A stretch of 64,000 nucleotides of DNA from the human T2T-CHM13v2.0 reference genome, Homo sapiens: the NCBI RefSeq assembly GCF_009914755.1, contig NC_060928.1; one strand, written 5' to 3'. Under the pieces are notes generated by a model, which worked only from the letters and a program-made list of their open reading frames with translations, ran no database searches and was not told the origin of the DNA. A program made the translations under genes and the position numbers. Shown one piece after another: positions 14,085 through 27,861 of this stretch; position 1 is the first letter of the stretch, and each line of letters opens with the position of its first letter.

Positions 14085-14690
14085 GTAAAAAGTAAAGTAG
14101 AGATTCCTCTTCAAAGACTTCCCCTCCATCTAATTAAGAATAAGTAGTAACTTCTCTTACAAGCAAAATTTATTCAAAGACCTGTGCTAACATTCTTAAA
14201 TATCTGCTAACCATAATAAAGAAATCAATGTATTTTATGTTCTCAGCTCCCACAATTTAGTGTAAATATTTGCCCTGGCATGCTTACACTGGTCTAAGCA
14301 AGCATTAGGTCATAGCCTGTTCCTCTTCCTTATTTGAAGGTGTTTTTACCTTTCTCAGTATACCACAAGTTACTTCTGCCTTCCTTTGTTCTCCTCTGCC
14401 TTTGCCTCTTTTAAAAAGTTCTAAGTTGCTAGCCAATCAGGACAAATACACAATGTGATGTCCTGTTCCTTCCAATAGAAACCCCGGACACAGCAGTAAG
14501 CTTGACATGTCAAGTTATAAATGACCGTCTCCTTTATTTGGTGTACTCTCATGGCAAAACTGCTGATGTGTGCACCCTTTCTGCATAAAGTAAAAAAAAA
14601 AATTGGCCTCGCTGAAGAAATTAAATTTATGTTCCAGTGCTATTTCTTTACGGCACTGAAGAACAAGGATTTTAAAGATTCACTAACACA
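14085..14690 (+). mobile_element. LTR10-family solo LTR
   Basis: tgtaaaaagtaaagtagag..tcttcaaagac start; CCAAT (gccaatcagg); TATA-like ttataaa; end region attaaatttatgttccagtgctatttctttacggcac. Confidence 0.6.
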
Positions 14691-14929
14691 TGTAACAAGG
14701 CAGAAACAACTCAACGTTAAAACATGTGGAGTCTCACTTACAATCAGCACACATTGATGCACCACACAAAAAAGCCTAGGCTACAGCTCGGTTCCTCCTT
14801 TTAAGAAAAGAAGTGTGAAAGAATTTAAGAATGAGGAAAGACAATGAGAAAAACTGCTTTGGAACAATTTTTTGGTTTCATGGGTCTTCCATTTGAAAGC
14901 ATTTGTGTAAAATGGAGAAGTGTGAGGGC

Positions 14930-16535
14930 ATTCCACGTCTAATGGTTTAGGAACACCCCCTAGTGCTGTGTTGCCATGGAGCTTTCAGAAGATGTGGTTG
15001 TTTAAAAGTGCGTAGCAGCTTCCCCCACCTTCCTCCTGCTCCAATCAGGTAGGACATGTTGACTTCCCTTCACTTTCTCATAATTATAAATTTCCTGAGG
15101 CCTCCTCAGACAGGGTACCTATACAGCCTAGGGAACTGTGAGTAATTTAAACCTCTTTTCGTCATAAATTACCCAGTCTCCGGTAGTTCTTTACAGCAAT
15201 ATGAGAACAAATGTGAAAACAAAGTAATACAGAAGATGTGAGAACAATGTGACAGCAAACTAATACAGAAAACTAGAGAGGTGGGGCATTACTGTAAAGA
15301 TACCTGAAGATGTGGAAGCAACTTTGGAACTGGGTAATGGGCAGAGGTTGGAATAGTTTGGAGGGCTCCTAAAAAGACAGGAAGATGAGAAAAAGACAGG
15401 CAGATCCACAGGGCCAGAGCTTCCCAAAGCCTTGAGAGCCCTCCTATTGCCCTGGTATGCCCTGGATGTGAGACATAGAGTCAAAGGAAATTATTTTGGA
15501 TCTTTGAGATTGAATGAGTGCCCTGCTGGGTTTTGGACTTGCCTGGGGCCTTTGTTCTGGCCATTTTTTTTCTTTTAAAATGGGAACATTCACTCAGTTG
15601 CTGTATCCCCACTGTATCTTGGAAGTAACTCACTTGTTTTTTATTCTCCAAGCTCATAAGTGGAAGGGACTTGCCTTGTCCCAGATGAAATTTAGGATTT
15701 GGACATTTTGGGTAATTCTGGGATGTGCTAAGACTTTGGAGGACTGTGGAGAAGGCATGATTTTGTTTTAAAATGTGAGAAGGACATGAGATTTGGGAGG
15801 TTTGGCTCTATGTTCCCACCCAAATCTCATTTTAAAATGTGATGTGTTTCAGCTGTGTCAGCATCCAAATGTCATCTTGAATTATAGTTCCCATAATCCC
15901 CATGTGTTTTGGGAGGGACCAGGTGGGAGGTAATTTAATCATGGCACTGGTTATTCCCATGCTTCTGTTCTCATGATAGTGAGTGAGGTCTCATGAGATC
16001 TGATGGTTTTATAAGGGGCTTTTCCCCCTTTTGCTCAAAGGACACGTTTGCTTCCCCTTCTGCCATGATGGTAAGTTTCTTGAGGCCAGCCCAGCCATGC
16101 TGAACTGTGAGTCCATTGAACCTTGTTTTCTGTATAATTTACCCAGTCTTGGGTATGTCTTTATTAGCAGTGTGAGAATGAACTGTTACAAATTGTTATC
16201 TTCAGTGCTAGAGGTGGAGGCTGGTAGGAGGTGATCGAATCGTGATGGTGGTTTCTAATGTTTTAGCACCATCCTCCTAGTGTTATCTTGTGATACAGCT
16301 CTCATGAGATCTGGTTGTTTAAATGTGTGTATCACCACCCCCAGCCTTCATGCTGCTCCAGCCATGTAGAATATGTTGGCTTCCACTTTACCATCTGGCA
16401 TGATTGTAAGTTTTCTTAGGCCTCCTCAGTCATGCTACCTATACACCCTGTGGAATGTGAGTCAATTAAACCTCTTTTCTTCATAAATTACACAGTCTCA
16501 GGTAGTTCTTTTTAACAATGTGAGAATGGAGTATC
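14930..16535 (+). mobile_element. MST-type MaLR (LTR, deleted internal region, LTR) with a nested THE1-type LTR at 15840-16190
   Basis: Three MaLR LTR bodies (aaacctctttt..ataaattacccagtctc..). The middle one splits the third and is flanked by aaatg/aattg. Confidence 0.75.
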
Positions 16536-18231
16536 AGACTTTCTAGTGCTCCAAATAGTTACATATTATGTTCTGTTTTGCACATTTTAAACTGATGGCC
16601 AAATTACGTTAAGTAAAAATTTAGACCCAAAGGCTGACATGTACTAGAAAATTTCTATGTTCTCTATTTTTCTATTTTTTTTCCCCTACTTGCTTTAAGT
16701 CTACTGTTAGTTTTCTACTGATAAAAAAAAATCACTTTTTGGCTAGGACCATTGTTTTGGTGTTTTTTTCTTTTTATTATTATTATTATTACTTGTAAAC
16801 CAGTGAGTTTGTATCAATATCTCATGTCTGGAGTTCTAAAGTAAAAGCTCTAGAATCTTTGTTATGAGTGTGTATGTGTCTGTTTATCTGCACATACGTG
16901 TATTTTTTGTGTGTTATAGCTACAAGGAACCAAATTAAATTAAAGTTAAGGAGACCTCATAAATTAAGGAGATAATAAGCCTAATGGCTTTTCAAGTCCA
17001 TGTGACTTAAGTAAAATTTTTAATGAATAAGCTAGCTTTAAAATTATTGGTAAAGTAATACTAGAGATGTCTTAAGAATTGTCAGCATATTTCTTTCCAC
17101 TTATTGATCAAGTGGTTTCATACTTATTCCTGCCAAATATTTTTTTTTCCTGCCAAATATTGTAAGGTGCCAAAATTTGGCCTAAGGTTTGTAATACTAT
17201 GAACCCAGCCCAAAACAGAATGATCTTTGCTTGTGTAATTTTTAGTAAAGAAGACATTTAATATTATTGGTTTAGTGAAAGCAACTAAATCCTGAGTTAT
17301 TGGTAAAATACCCATGTATTTAACCTTAAGTTTCTTAGTTAGGTAAATTCCTGAAATTCATAGGGTATAAAAATGTTTAACAGCAACAAAAAAATAATTA
17401 AATGATGACTGTCACAGTTTTTATAAATAATCTAAGTAAACTATTAAATAAATGTATTACGTGACTATACTAAAATGAATGTCATATAATTTGGAATCTA
17501 AAATTATATTAAATAATAGATATATGTTAAATGTATGGGTACTTTTCAATTTCAAAAATTATAAGGAAACTTTAAAAAATGGTTTTTTATTAAAAGACAA
17601 TTATTTTTGTAGTTCAAAGTTTATTTAAACATTATTTATAATACAAGGCAAAAGACACTAGGGAATAAGAGAGATTTAAAGAAACATAAATATAAATAGG
17701 TACCTTTGGTAAGAAAGATTACAAGAAAACAAATCTTGTACGAAAAAATAAAATAACAGGTTAAGAAGATGTATGTTTAAGACAAACCCCAAAGCCGAAG
17801 TATGTTATGAAGAATCTGTTAAGTCATAGTAAGTTTAGTAAAATGAAATTTATTTAAAAAAATGTATAAAACATATGATTAAGTAGGCTATAATTAAAAT
17901 GAGATTATAATAGTCTTCCTGGTAATTGGATATTAATATTAAAATTAGACAAATACAAAACTAATGAATTGGTTATAAAAATTTGTATTAAAATATTGAG
18001 TTATTCAATGCAAGAATCTTTCAGTTTTTAAACTGTATAATCAGTGTAATAGAAATTTAGTTTCTGCTGAACCCTGCTGCTTCAGCTCTTTCTCTGTTTT
18101 GAGAAGGCCTTGGATGGTAACTCTCTCCTTAAACTTTTGTTAAATTCTGTAACATTTCTTTTTATTATTAGTCTAAAGCAAAGGAGACAGTTTTTGAAAA
18201 CAGGCAAATGAAAAACATTTTTCAATCTGCC

Positions 18232-18718
18232 TGCTGAAACCAGCTCAGTCGTGGAGACACTAACCCAGTGGTGCTAGAGGAATTAAAGATACAAACACAG
18301 AAATATAGCGTGTGGAGTGGGAAGTCAAGGGTCTTACAGCCTTCAAAGCTGAGAGCTTCGAACAGAGATTTACCCACACATTTATTGACAGCAAGCCAGT
18401 GATAAGATTTACTAAAAGTATTCCTTATGGCAAATAAAGGGATGGGCCGAAATAAAGGGATGGGCTCTGGCTAGTTATCTGCAGCAGGAACATGTCCTTA
18501 AGGCACAGATCGCTCATGCTATTGTGTGTGGTTTAAGAATGCCTTAAGCGGTTTTCTGCGCTGGGTGGGCCAGGTGTTCCTTGCCCTCACTCCGGTAAAC
18601 CGCAAACCTCCCAGCGTGAGTGTCATGGCCATCAAGAGCATGTCACAGTGCTGCAGAGACTGTTTCTGGCCAGTTTTAGGACTAGTTTATGGCCAGATTT
18701 TGGGGCCTGTTCCCAACA
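18232..18718 (-). mobile_element. MER9 (HERV-K HML-3) solo LTR with a 6-bp TSD
   Basis: Minus strand starts TGTTGGGAACAGGCCCC and ends GGTTTCAGCA; exact TCTGCC duplication at 18226-18231 and 18719-18724. Confidence 0.9.
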
Positions 18719-19099
18719 TCTGCCTTTGTATGTCTGTTATGTCTATATATTACTTGTGTCATGTGGAAGTGATATTTCAATATCAAAATATATGAAAGAG
18801 CTCTAACCAACTGACTTAAAGAAAAGTTAATTGCTTATCACACTAATAAAAGCTAGCTTGGATACCTTTGAGTTCACATGACTATAGCAATATTTGGTAA
18901 CATTAATTTGGAAAATTTAATCTCAAATTTCTCTCCAATAGTTTAAAATCTGAGTCATGTTATGTTAAATTAAGTAATCCTCAGTATGGTCACTGAGAAT
19001 TTAGGTTACAAAGAGTTAAAATAGTTGTAGAATAAAAAGTTTTTTTGGGTGAGGTTTATAAAAACAGAAGGATGTGATTTTTGCTATTGAAAATGTAAT

Positions 19100-19316
19100 T
19101 TTTTTTCTTTATGTTTTATTATACTTTAAGTTCTAGGGTACATGTGCACAATGTGCAGGCTCATTACGTAAGTATACATGTGCCATGCTGGCCCACTGCA
19201 CCCATCAACCCATCATTTACATTAGGTATTTCTCCCAATACTATCCCTTCCCCCTCCCCCTACCCCACGACAGGCCCCAGTGTGTGATGTTCCCCACCCT
19301 GTGACCAAGTGTTCTC
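19100..19316 (-). mobile_element. L1PA 3' end
   Basis: ttattatactttaagttctagggtacatgtgcacaatgtgcagg...caggccccagtgtgtgatgttccccaccctgtg. Confidence 0.9.
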
Positions 19317-19336
19317 GAGGCTGAGTCAACTTAAAA

Positions 19337-19560
19337 TTTATATATATACATATATATATATATATGTATATATACACATATATATGTGTGTGTATATATA
19401 TATGTGTATGTGTGTGTATATATGTGTATGTGTGTGTATATATATGATATATATGATATATATGATATATATGATATATGATATATATGATATATATGAT
19501 ATATATGATGTATATGATATATATGATGTATATATGATATATATATCATATATATATATG
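19337..19560. repeat. Compound (TA)n/(TG)n/(GATATATAT)n microsatellite
   Basis: Directly visible in the sequence. Confidence 0.95.
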
Positions 19561-19908
19561 ACCAGATGGATAAAGAGAAAAGTGAAAACTCAGGAAATGA
19601 GAAACTTTTGACTCTCAGGTGGCTACATGGTCTCCCATCTTCAAAAGCTGCAGCTGGGCTGCATTCAGTTACCAAAGGTAAAAGTTACCAGTGGAATTTA
19701 GAGATGGATGATAGACATACTCCCAGGGAGTTAGTTCAGTGAATGCATAACAAAATGGAAACTAATAAGAAAACTACAAAATGTTAATTCCCTTGGTTAT
19801 TGCTATCTGTAATCGCTAAAATGAAAGTAAAAGAGTGCGGAGTTTTGCCTTAAGGCTTGACCAAATTTACATGTGGACTCTCAGCTCAGGCCACTAGCTT
19901 CAAAGCTA

Positions 19909-19921
19909 GACACACACACAG

Positions 19922-19974
<53 letters not shown>
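19909..19974. repeat. (CA)n microsatellite
   Basis: Directly visible in the sequence. Confidence 0.95.
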
Positions 19975-19975
<1 letters not shown>

Positions 19976-22900
19976 CTTAAGCCAGGGCAACAAAGTTACC
20001 TTTGAGACCTGTAGTTACCAAGAAGATAGCCAATGCACTTAAATAGAAAAAGAAGTTAACTATTAAACCCAGAGGGTATAATGTAAAGAAATTGCTCCTT
20101 TGTAGAATAATATAATCAGTTTCCTGAGAAACGTTTACTATAATGGACTGGAAAAATAGCTACTTTAAGGGCAATATTTTTTATTTTAAATGCTACAGAA
20201 TGAAAAAGCAGGGGTTTATGCAGGTCCCACAGCTCACGATTAAGCAATCACTGAGGAGTATATGTGACCCAGCTTCACAAGCAGCCCAGTGGACTGAATA
20301 ATTGCCACCATAAGGTTTGATTACCCTGAGAAATGGACTGCCCAACTCACCCTGTAAAATTCCAGGTGGAGTTCCCCAGATGAAGCACCTGATATGCTTC
20401 ATATGCAAACCATATGGAACTGGCTTTATGATGACCAGAATATTATTCAATTAAATATACCTATTACCCTGGTCATAGTAAATGCTATGGTTTAGGGGGA
20501 CCCTTCTACCTGGGCATCCCAGGTGACATTACTCCTGCAGAATCAAAGAGCTGTTTGAGAAGCCTTCCCAAATTTGCTGTCCCCCATGGATCTTACCGAT
20601 GTTATTAAAACATTAGGGTAATTAAAAAATTGGGCAAGGTAAAAGGGAGTCAAAGGACTCATCTATCATGGTGGAAATCTTTAGATGATTATTAAGAAAT
20701 AAAATAAAATAAAAATTGATAGGGTAAAAACAAAGGCTTTTACAATGCTATAAAAGTGGGGTGAACAAAAGGGAGCCCCTGCTGATCTTCAAACATTATA
20801 GGGACCTACACCAGTTTTTTTGTATTTGCCTTAGATTGGATTTTTTTTAAAGCAAAGTTTGTAATCTAATGGGAAAGCTGACATTGCCTGCGCAATGTTG
20901 AGGCAAGTTTAGATAAAAAATTGATAAAAGGGCTTGAGTCTCTTGGATCAACCCTCTTCTGGGAGGGTTAATTTTTTACCAGAAAGGTAAATTGGTTTGA
21001 AGATAAAGAAGAAAAGCTCCTGGGCTCAGAGCATAAAATTGTAAATGTTGAGAGGATTATGAAATTTGAGATGTTTAAACAGGTTATATGTAAGGTGGTT
21101 GTGATTCCTTTACCTAAATGTTTTATGAAAATGGGTATTCTATCTGAATGGGGGAGATTTTCCTGATGTAGTTGTATAAAGTTGAAGGCATGTAAACCTG
21201 CTCTTTGAAAAATGCTATTTGGACAGCTAAGTGAGTACTAGCTAAAGTGCTGGTTGAGACAAATCCTTCACTTCATAGCCCTTTGTGGAAAGTTTATTTG
21301 GGCTTATGGCAAAAGCCTGTGAGCACTTTCAAATGACAATTACTGGGACTTTGGACTAGAGAATTTCCACTTGAGAAGTATTTACAGCTTTGCTATGGGA
21401 TGTTAACTGAAACTACTTCTATGCTAGCAGAAATAATGGTGACTGAAAGAGTTCCATGATAAAATAAAAATGGTTTATACAGAATCTTGCTACCTGGGAT
21501 GCAAGAAAGACATATTTATGAACAGGGAGCCTCTTTTTCTCCTTAGGATGGACTCTGACTATGCGAGGAGCTGTTATATTCTACAGTGCTTAATAAAAAG
21601 CTCTCATATTACAAGAGCTGCTTATCTTGTGAATGGCAGTTCAAAGGTGAATACATGCCTTCTTGTTTGGAAAGCTGCTGCTCCAGTTAAAGAGGAGTCA
21701 AAGAAATATTTTTCTTTTGAGTTTTTTATAGTTTAGAGCAATTGGGTAAAATTTGCTTTTGTAAGCAAATTTACCTCTCTGAGTTCTCCAAAATTTGCAA
21801 ACTGTTCATGAGTCTTTTGATTGTGTGGTAATATTGTTATTGGTATAAGTTTAGTAAAAAATATATATTTTTAAAATAGGACAATTGGAGACACCAGTTA
21901 TTTTACCAAGGCTTTGACTAGAATAACGTTTTTACGTAAAGTTCCAGTAAAGCTAACTTGAAAAGAGCCTATGTGGCCAAACAATTCTTGCTGAACTTTA
22001 TGTGAATAATAAGGCCAAGTATAATAATCCTGAAACTTATTTTGCACACAAATTGAACTTTTTTTTAGTATGAAAAGCAACTAGAGAGAGAGACATTGTT
22101 TCAAAAGAAAAGTCACTTTTGTTTTTGAGTGCAGGTTGAATCATGACTCATTTCTTGGCTGCAATAATCTCCTAAAGAATACCAGGTTATCATTTTTCTT
22201 CATGTTTTTGTTTGGCACCCTAATGGAATAGTTTTTTTTTTCTCCTCTGGCACCCACATTCTCTTTTGTCAAATTATTAATGTTATCAATGTCTCCCCCT
22301 AGTTTTAGTTCTGAGAAAATCAGAATCATGCTATTCCGAAGACTAGAGATGATTTGACAAAGCCTGTTAATCTCCTTCATTTGAAATCCTATTGGGATTG
22401 ATTTGTTTTTTACTGCAAATGGCCTTCTGTAAAACAATACAAGTACCTTCCCTCTATGTCCAGGGACTACCACAGAAATGGTGGGACCATGAGATTGTAA
22501 GGGCCGGTTTTGAGGGATAGAATTAATTCAGACCCTCCAAGTCAAGAAGGGGAGATAAACAGCTGGAAAAACTAGGAACTTTGCTTTCTGAGCTATTATA
22601 TGACACATTTTTATTTATCCCAACCATAAAGAATTTTCTGTTTCCTGTAGAACTAAAATAAAATTATTACAGAGGGAATATTATGATACCTCATGACAAA
22701 ATGTCCTGGATATAATACTCACAATTATGAGATTTTATTTAGATAGATACATATTTGAAACAATTTTTTTAAGCCACATTAGATTAAATTACTAAAAGAC
22801 TTCATAAAGTCTTGCAGCACAGCAAAAGCCTCTAAATTGCAAAAAAGCATTTTTAACAATGTTCATGTATTGTATAGCTAATTGGTATAGGTCAGTAACT

Positions 22901-23228
22901 AAAACAAAGACTACATTAGCTATGCATATAACAATTTAAGATAAGTTAGTTTTTTAACCTCAACTTTGGCTTTCTGTTTCTTGGGTTTTATATTACTTTA
23001 AAAATTTTAAGAGTTAATTATAATGCTTGTCCGTATTCATTCCTGTCTGGTCTAGTACATTTAAGTTGACTGTAAATATGTTGGCTCTAAGTCTCTTAGC
23101 CATAGGTGTCTCAACCACAGACAGTAGGAACCCAGGGCACATGCCATCCCAGCAATGCTATGGAACAAAATAAGAGTTTGCTGGCCATTGACCTTGCCTC
23201 TGGCAAACCCTGGCAAGAAGGGGAAAAA

Positions 23229-23786
23229 TGTTAATGAAAAATAATATTCTAAGGCCCGCAATCATCTGAATGAACCCTTCCGCTCACAAAGGGCATTCCA
23301 AAGTTAACCTGAAAAGCTAGTTCAGGCCATTTTGGAAATGGGAGAAATGAGACGAGCTCCATTAGAGCCTCCTCCATTTTGGAATTCAGAAAAAGCTGAC
23401 AGCATTACATCACCACAGAACAAAATACTGATAGAATACACTGTTTAAGTTTGAAAAGAAACATTTTTTTCTATTGATTCTAATGCTTTAGACAATAAGA
23501 TAATTCTTTTAACCAACTGCCAATCAGAAAATCTTTGAATCTAAATATGACCTTCAGAATCTCACTTGCAGTTGCCCCACCTTTTCAGACCAAACCCATG
23601 TATCATTTACATGTATTGATTGATGTGGAACATCTCTCTAAATTGTATAAAACCAGGTTGTAGCCTGAGGACATTGGGCACATGTTCTAAACAGCTGAAG
23701 GCTGTGTTATGGGCCATTAGTCACTCATATTTGGCTCAGAATAAATCTCTTTGAATATTTTACAGAGTTTGACTCATTTCCTCACA
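23229..23786 (+). mobile_element. MER4-family LTR
   Basis: tgttaatgaaaaataatattctaaggccc...; gtataaaacc TATA; gtcactcatatttggctcagaataaatctc polyA region; ends ...gagtttgactcatttcctcaca. Confidence 0.8.
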
Positions 23787-24289
23787 ATAATTTGACACTT
23801 GAACATGTGGGAACTCCCAGAAAACCCAGGACCCCCAAAATGTTTCCTGAACTTGAAACTAAAGTACCAGAAGGGGCCCATTGAAGGCCTTTCAAACTTT
23901 AAGCTCCTCTGATGGAACTGGTCAGTCCTCTTGAGCCCTGGATCTCCCTTTGGTTGACAGACATCAATTTTTCCTGAACTTATTTTTTTCCTAGGAAGTT
24001 GTTGTTTAGGATTCTAATTCTAGTTCTGGGGTGCATTCTGAAGAGTCTTCTCCATTGCCTTTTATCCAAAAGATAAACTCAATTGGCTTGTCTGCACATT
24101 TGCATGAAGATAGAACTGTCATTTTATAGATAAATGAGGGACTGAGCTCCTCAGCTTTGAAGAGAAAGAACATTTTGCTCCTCCCAGAAAATGAGCCCTG
24201 GATGACCAGAGGCTAAGTGGGAACATCTAGATGTTTGACTCCCATTCCCGTTATGTGCAGTGCCCCTACAGAAGATGCCCCAACATAAT

Positions 24290-27010
24290 TAGTTTCTTCT
24301 GTGTTTAAATGTTTTTAACTGCTGAGATATTTAAAAGCTTGTAGAATCAATCTCTAAGAAGCAGACACATCATATTATTGCAATTTTTGTAGTTCAATTT
24401 ACTATGGAATTTTTATGACTCTCCATCAAGTATACCTTCATGTTCATATATTTTCCTAAGTATATATGTACATATCACTTTATGTAGAAAGTCTTCCTCA
24501 AATTAAACTAGTGAAAATATTACTTGTTCACTCATGGATAGACATAGATTTATGTATCTGGATATATGGTCTAAAAATTTCAAAGAAGATCTATTTTCAT
24601 AACATACCTTATTAGGAAAGTATATTCTGATATATTCTGATACATTTTCAGAAGATACTTCATTAAGAAAATATAAACAGACTAGAATTTAGCTTTTGTA
24701 GTACATGTTGAGCATCATTATTGCCTCAGACTCATATTTATCTATAAGTTTTCCCTCTTTAATAAAAAGACATTACTATAATTAAAAGTGCACGAATGCA
24801 TTACTTTTTTCCTTTCTTACACTTTGTTATTTTTTCTTTCTAGTGGCATGACTATATGTTCAAAGTTTAATAAAGTAAAATATTCAGTGTATATTCCTTT
24901 TCTAGATATTAAAATGATTTGTTTTATAACCAATTGTTGATAAAAATATTTTTTATAGAAAAGAGAACTATAAAAATCTTTTTCATGTGTTAGAAATGAT
25001 CATTATGCCTCTCTTCCATCCGATTGTTCAGGCACATCTCTTGTCAGACAGAAGAACTGCTCTTAAGTTGAGTTCTTTCTTCTCTGTGACTTGCTTTGCA
25101 AACCTTTTTCTGAATCCAGAGGCTGTAATGACCAATATTTAAAGGCAGGATTTGGAGATCTTTTGCCATTTATTATGCTTTCTTCAACATAGATTTTAAA
25201 AATTATTGCACAGGATATTTGGCTCTTTATTCCATCTGCAATTTATTTTTTCATATTATGATGGGAGAACAAGTAAAATGATTATATATATTTCTGATTT
25301 GTGTATCCTCAGTATTCCCGGTATTAAAGAAGTCAGAAATGTCTGGCTTAACAAAATAAGGCCAAGAAATAGTGAGATCTTGTTGCAGGAGAGAAATCAT
25401 GTAACATTATAATCTAGAGAGACTGGGCTAAACCTGCGGGACCATGTCTATAATGCCTAACTAAAGGGAACTAGCCTCTTCCTTTATTTTGTGTATTATT
25501 ATCCAGTTACAAAGGGTCATTACTAAAGTGAAAATAGTAACTCAAGCATATTTAAGGCCTCATGTGGAAAACATCTTTAGTCTTTCTAACCAAGGATTTT
25601 ACCAGGTTGCATAGTTTTGTATAGGAAGTCAGTTACGACCACCTATAATTTTAAAGCAAAGAACATTTCCATTAAGAACTATTTTGTATTTCATGAAGGA
25701 TTTGAATTTTAAACTCCCATGTAGCACAAAAGACTTGCCTAAACACCATGTTAAGAGACTTGGCCAAGTTTAGCTTAACTTATACGTGTACTAGGTCAGG
25801 AATTTGTCTTTAAAGGTCACCCTAACTTCCATGGTAGGTCTTGGCTCTAAAGAATATGATCCTGCCAAACTGCAAAACATACACTGTCTAACCCATGTTG
25901 CCTCATAATTTTCAATTATTTCCCTCTTAATTTTTATGTAATTTTTCATTTCCATGTAACCCACTAGTTCCTTGTTTTCCTCATTTTTATTCATATCAGT
26001 TTTCTCTTTAAAAGCCTCAATTACCTTTGTCTTAGTTAGAGTTCAGTTCAATTTATACAGTAGTCTCTATCTCCTACTTCAGTAGTCAGAATAAAATCTG
26101 TCTTGCCATTTTTAAGAAGGATCTTGCTCTGTTTTTCTTTGACAGGGACACATATAATACACATCATTGTGATTTGTTTATATAGAAGAGTATTCTTTAC
26201 CTACGTAACAAACCTGCACATCTTGCACATGTATCTCTGAACTTACAATAAATGTTGGAAATGAAAAATAAAATAAAATAAAAATAAAAAAGAGGTTTCT
26301 AAAAATGCACAGTAGAAATGCACTATTTCTGACCTTCATAAATAAACAGCCTGAGTTTCCAGTGCATCTCATTTTTTTAGCTTAGAAATATACATGAGTA
26401 AGCATTAAAATGGAATTATTTTAGGTTTTCTGAAATTAAAATTGTATATTACTTAATATTTAGCAAAGAATAAAATATTTGAATAAATCAGGAAGGCACA
26501 AGTCTTGTGAAATATAGAGGAGAATTTTGCCACACCTTGATGAATAGTGGTGGCATTAAATGTCATGACCTTCCCTATCATGCCTGCCTGCCTTAGATAT
26601 CAAACAGTGCTACCTTCTTTTTTTTCTTTCTTGTCTTAACAAACTTTTGATAATCAAACAAGGAACATATTATGAAAAAAGAGTAAAAATTGCCTCGCAG
26701 GCCAGCACAACCAGAGAGCAGTGCTGGAACCAGATGAGGTTTTTCGCAGGTGGCGGCAAGTACTTGGCTCCTCTGTGGCGCATGACAAACTTGATCCAGA
26801 AGACTTTTTGGTCCATGGGCTTCATAAGCTGATCATAATGAATGACCGATAACCATATAACATTCTCTTTACTGCTAAAGGAAAATCAAATAGACATAAA
26901 CTTATGGAATATAAAATATAAATATGTGAAATTTTTGTGTAGATGTTAACAATTAGTGCCACATAAAAGTAGATGAAAAATAAAATATTTTATTTCCTGG
27001 TGGTTATAGA
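24290..27010. repeat. Segmental duplication, copy B (paralog of 47240-50015)
   Basis: Colinear similarity by eye, from tttaactgctgagatatttaaaa.cttgtagaatcaatctc through aaaatattttatttc.tggtggttatag; includes a shared old LTR, an L1 3' tail and exon 6. Confidence 0.95.
26610..26874 (-). pseudogene. Divergent UGT2 exon 6 (copy B)
   Basis: Acceptor TTTGATTTTCCTTTAG|C, then [67 protein letters not shown]; after a frameshift CSLFDYQKFVKTRKKKKK. Four codons (IGFL) are missing. Confidence 0.92.
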
Positions 27011-27861
27011 GATTTTGGTTTATGGGTTAGAATTTGTTGGATGCATAAGATTTCAAAATGTGAAAAGAGAATTTAAGAGAGAACAAGTATTTCCATCCTA
27101 GAAATTAAAATTAGTTAAGTCTGAAGGATAAAAAGAAATCATTTGAGGGTACAGAGGTTGAATTAGCCATTAATGAAATTGTAACGAACCTGATGTGCGT
27201 GTTTCAAAATAGTATCAAAGTCTAGAGATAGGAGACAAATCTGTGACAAGGTTCAGGTACATGTCAGGGCAAAGCTGATAAGAAGTTGACATTGATCAGG
27301 AATTAGTACTGACATTACATCAGTGAATTAGTGATTAAAAATATAAAAGTAAATGGCCTTAGTTTGAATCATGACCTGATATCTACTGATCTTTTTTTTT
27401 TAATGTATCTGTTCCTAGTTTTCTTTTTATTGTTAAATTGAATGAATAAGAATGGTACCTTACTTATTTGATTATTGTGAGTAGTAATGTAATGATTTTT
27501 AGGATACTTGGTAGAATTATTCTCATCATTAAGAGAATAAGTAGATGTTCACTATTATTACTGTTTTACTTGCATTGTGATTTTAAAATCTAAGTGGTGC
27601 TTAATATTTTACTTTGAGGCATTGTAGTTCCATTTATTTAGAGTGTTGAAATAATTATTGACTAATAAGGAATAAGGATGAATATAAGTATGAGGCTTAC
27701 CAAGTCAAAATCAAAAATTGCTAAAGCATGGCACTGTAGCAATATCAATGGAGGTAACTTCTCTCTTTGATATTTAAAAAACAGAGTAAGAAGACTATGT
27801 TTTTTTAGAGGAGGGCATTAATCCTGATACATATTTTTAATACAATTGGGAAAAACTATAA

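Larger units (their letters stand above)
16540..23228 (+). mobile_element. AT-rich non-autonomous ERV1 internal region (MER4 group)
   Basis: Long AT-rich internal-type sequence ending in the polypurine tract aagaaggggaaaaa directly before an LTR; interrupted by MER9, an L1 and microsatellites. Confidence 0.7.

Noticed and set aside
19309-19675. ORFs of 100 and 114 aa rich in Y/I/H/D/M
   Set aside because: Translations of the (TA)n/(GATATATAT)n microsatellite.
26647-26832. Plus-strand 61-aa ORF
   Set aside because: Antisense shadow of UGT2 exon-6 copy B.
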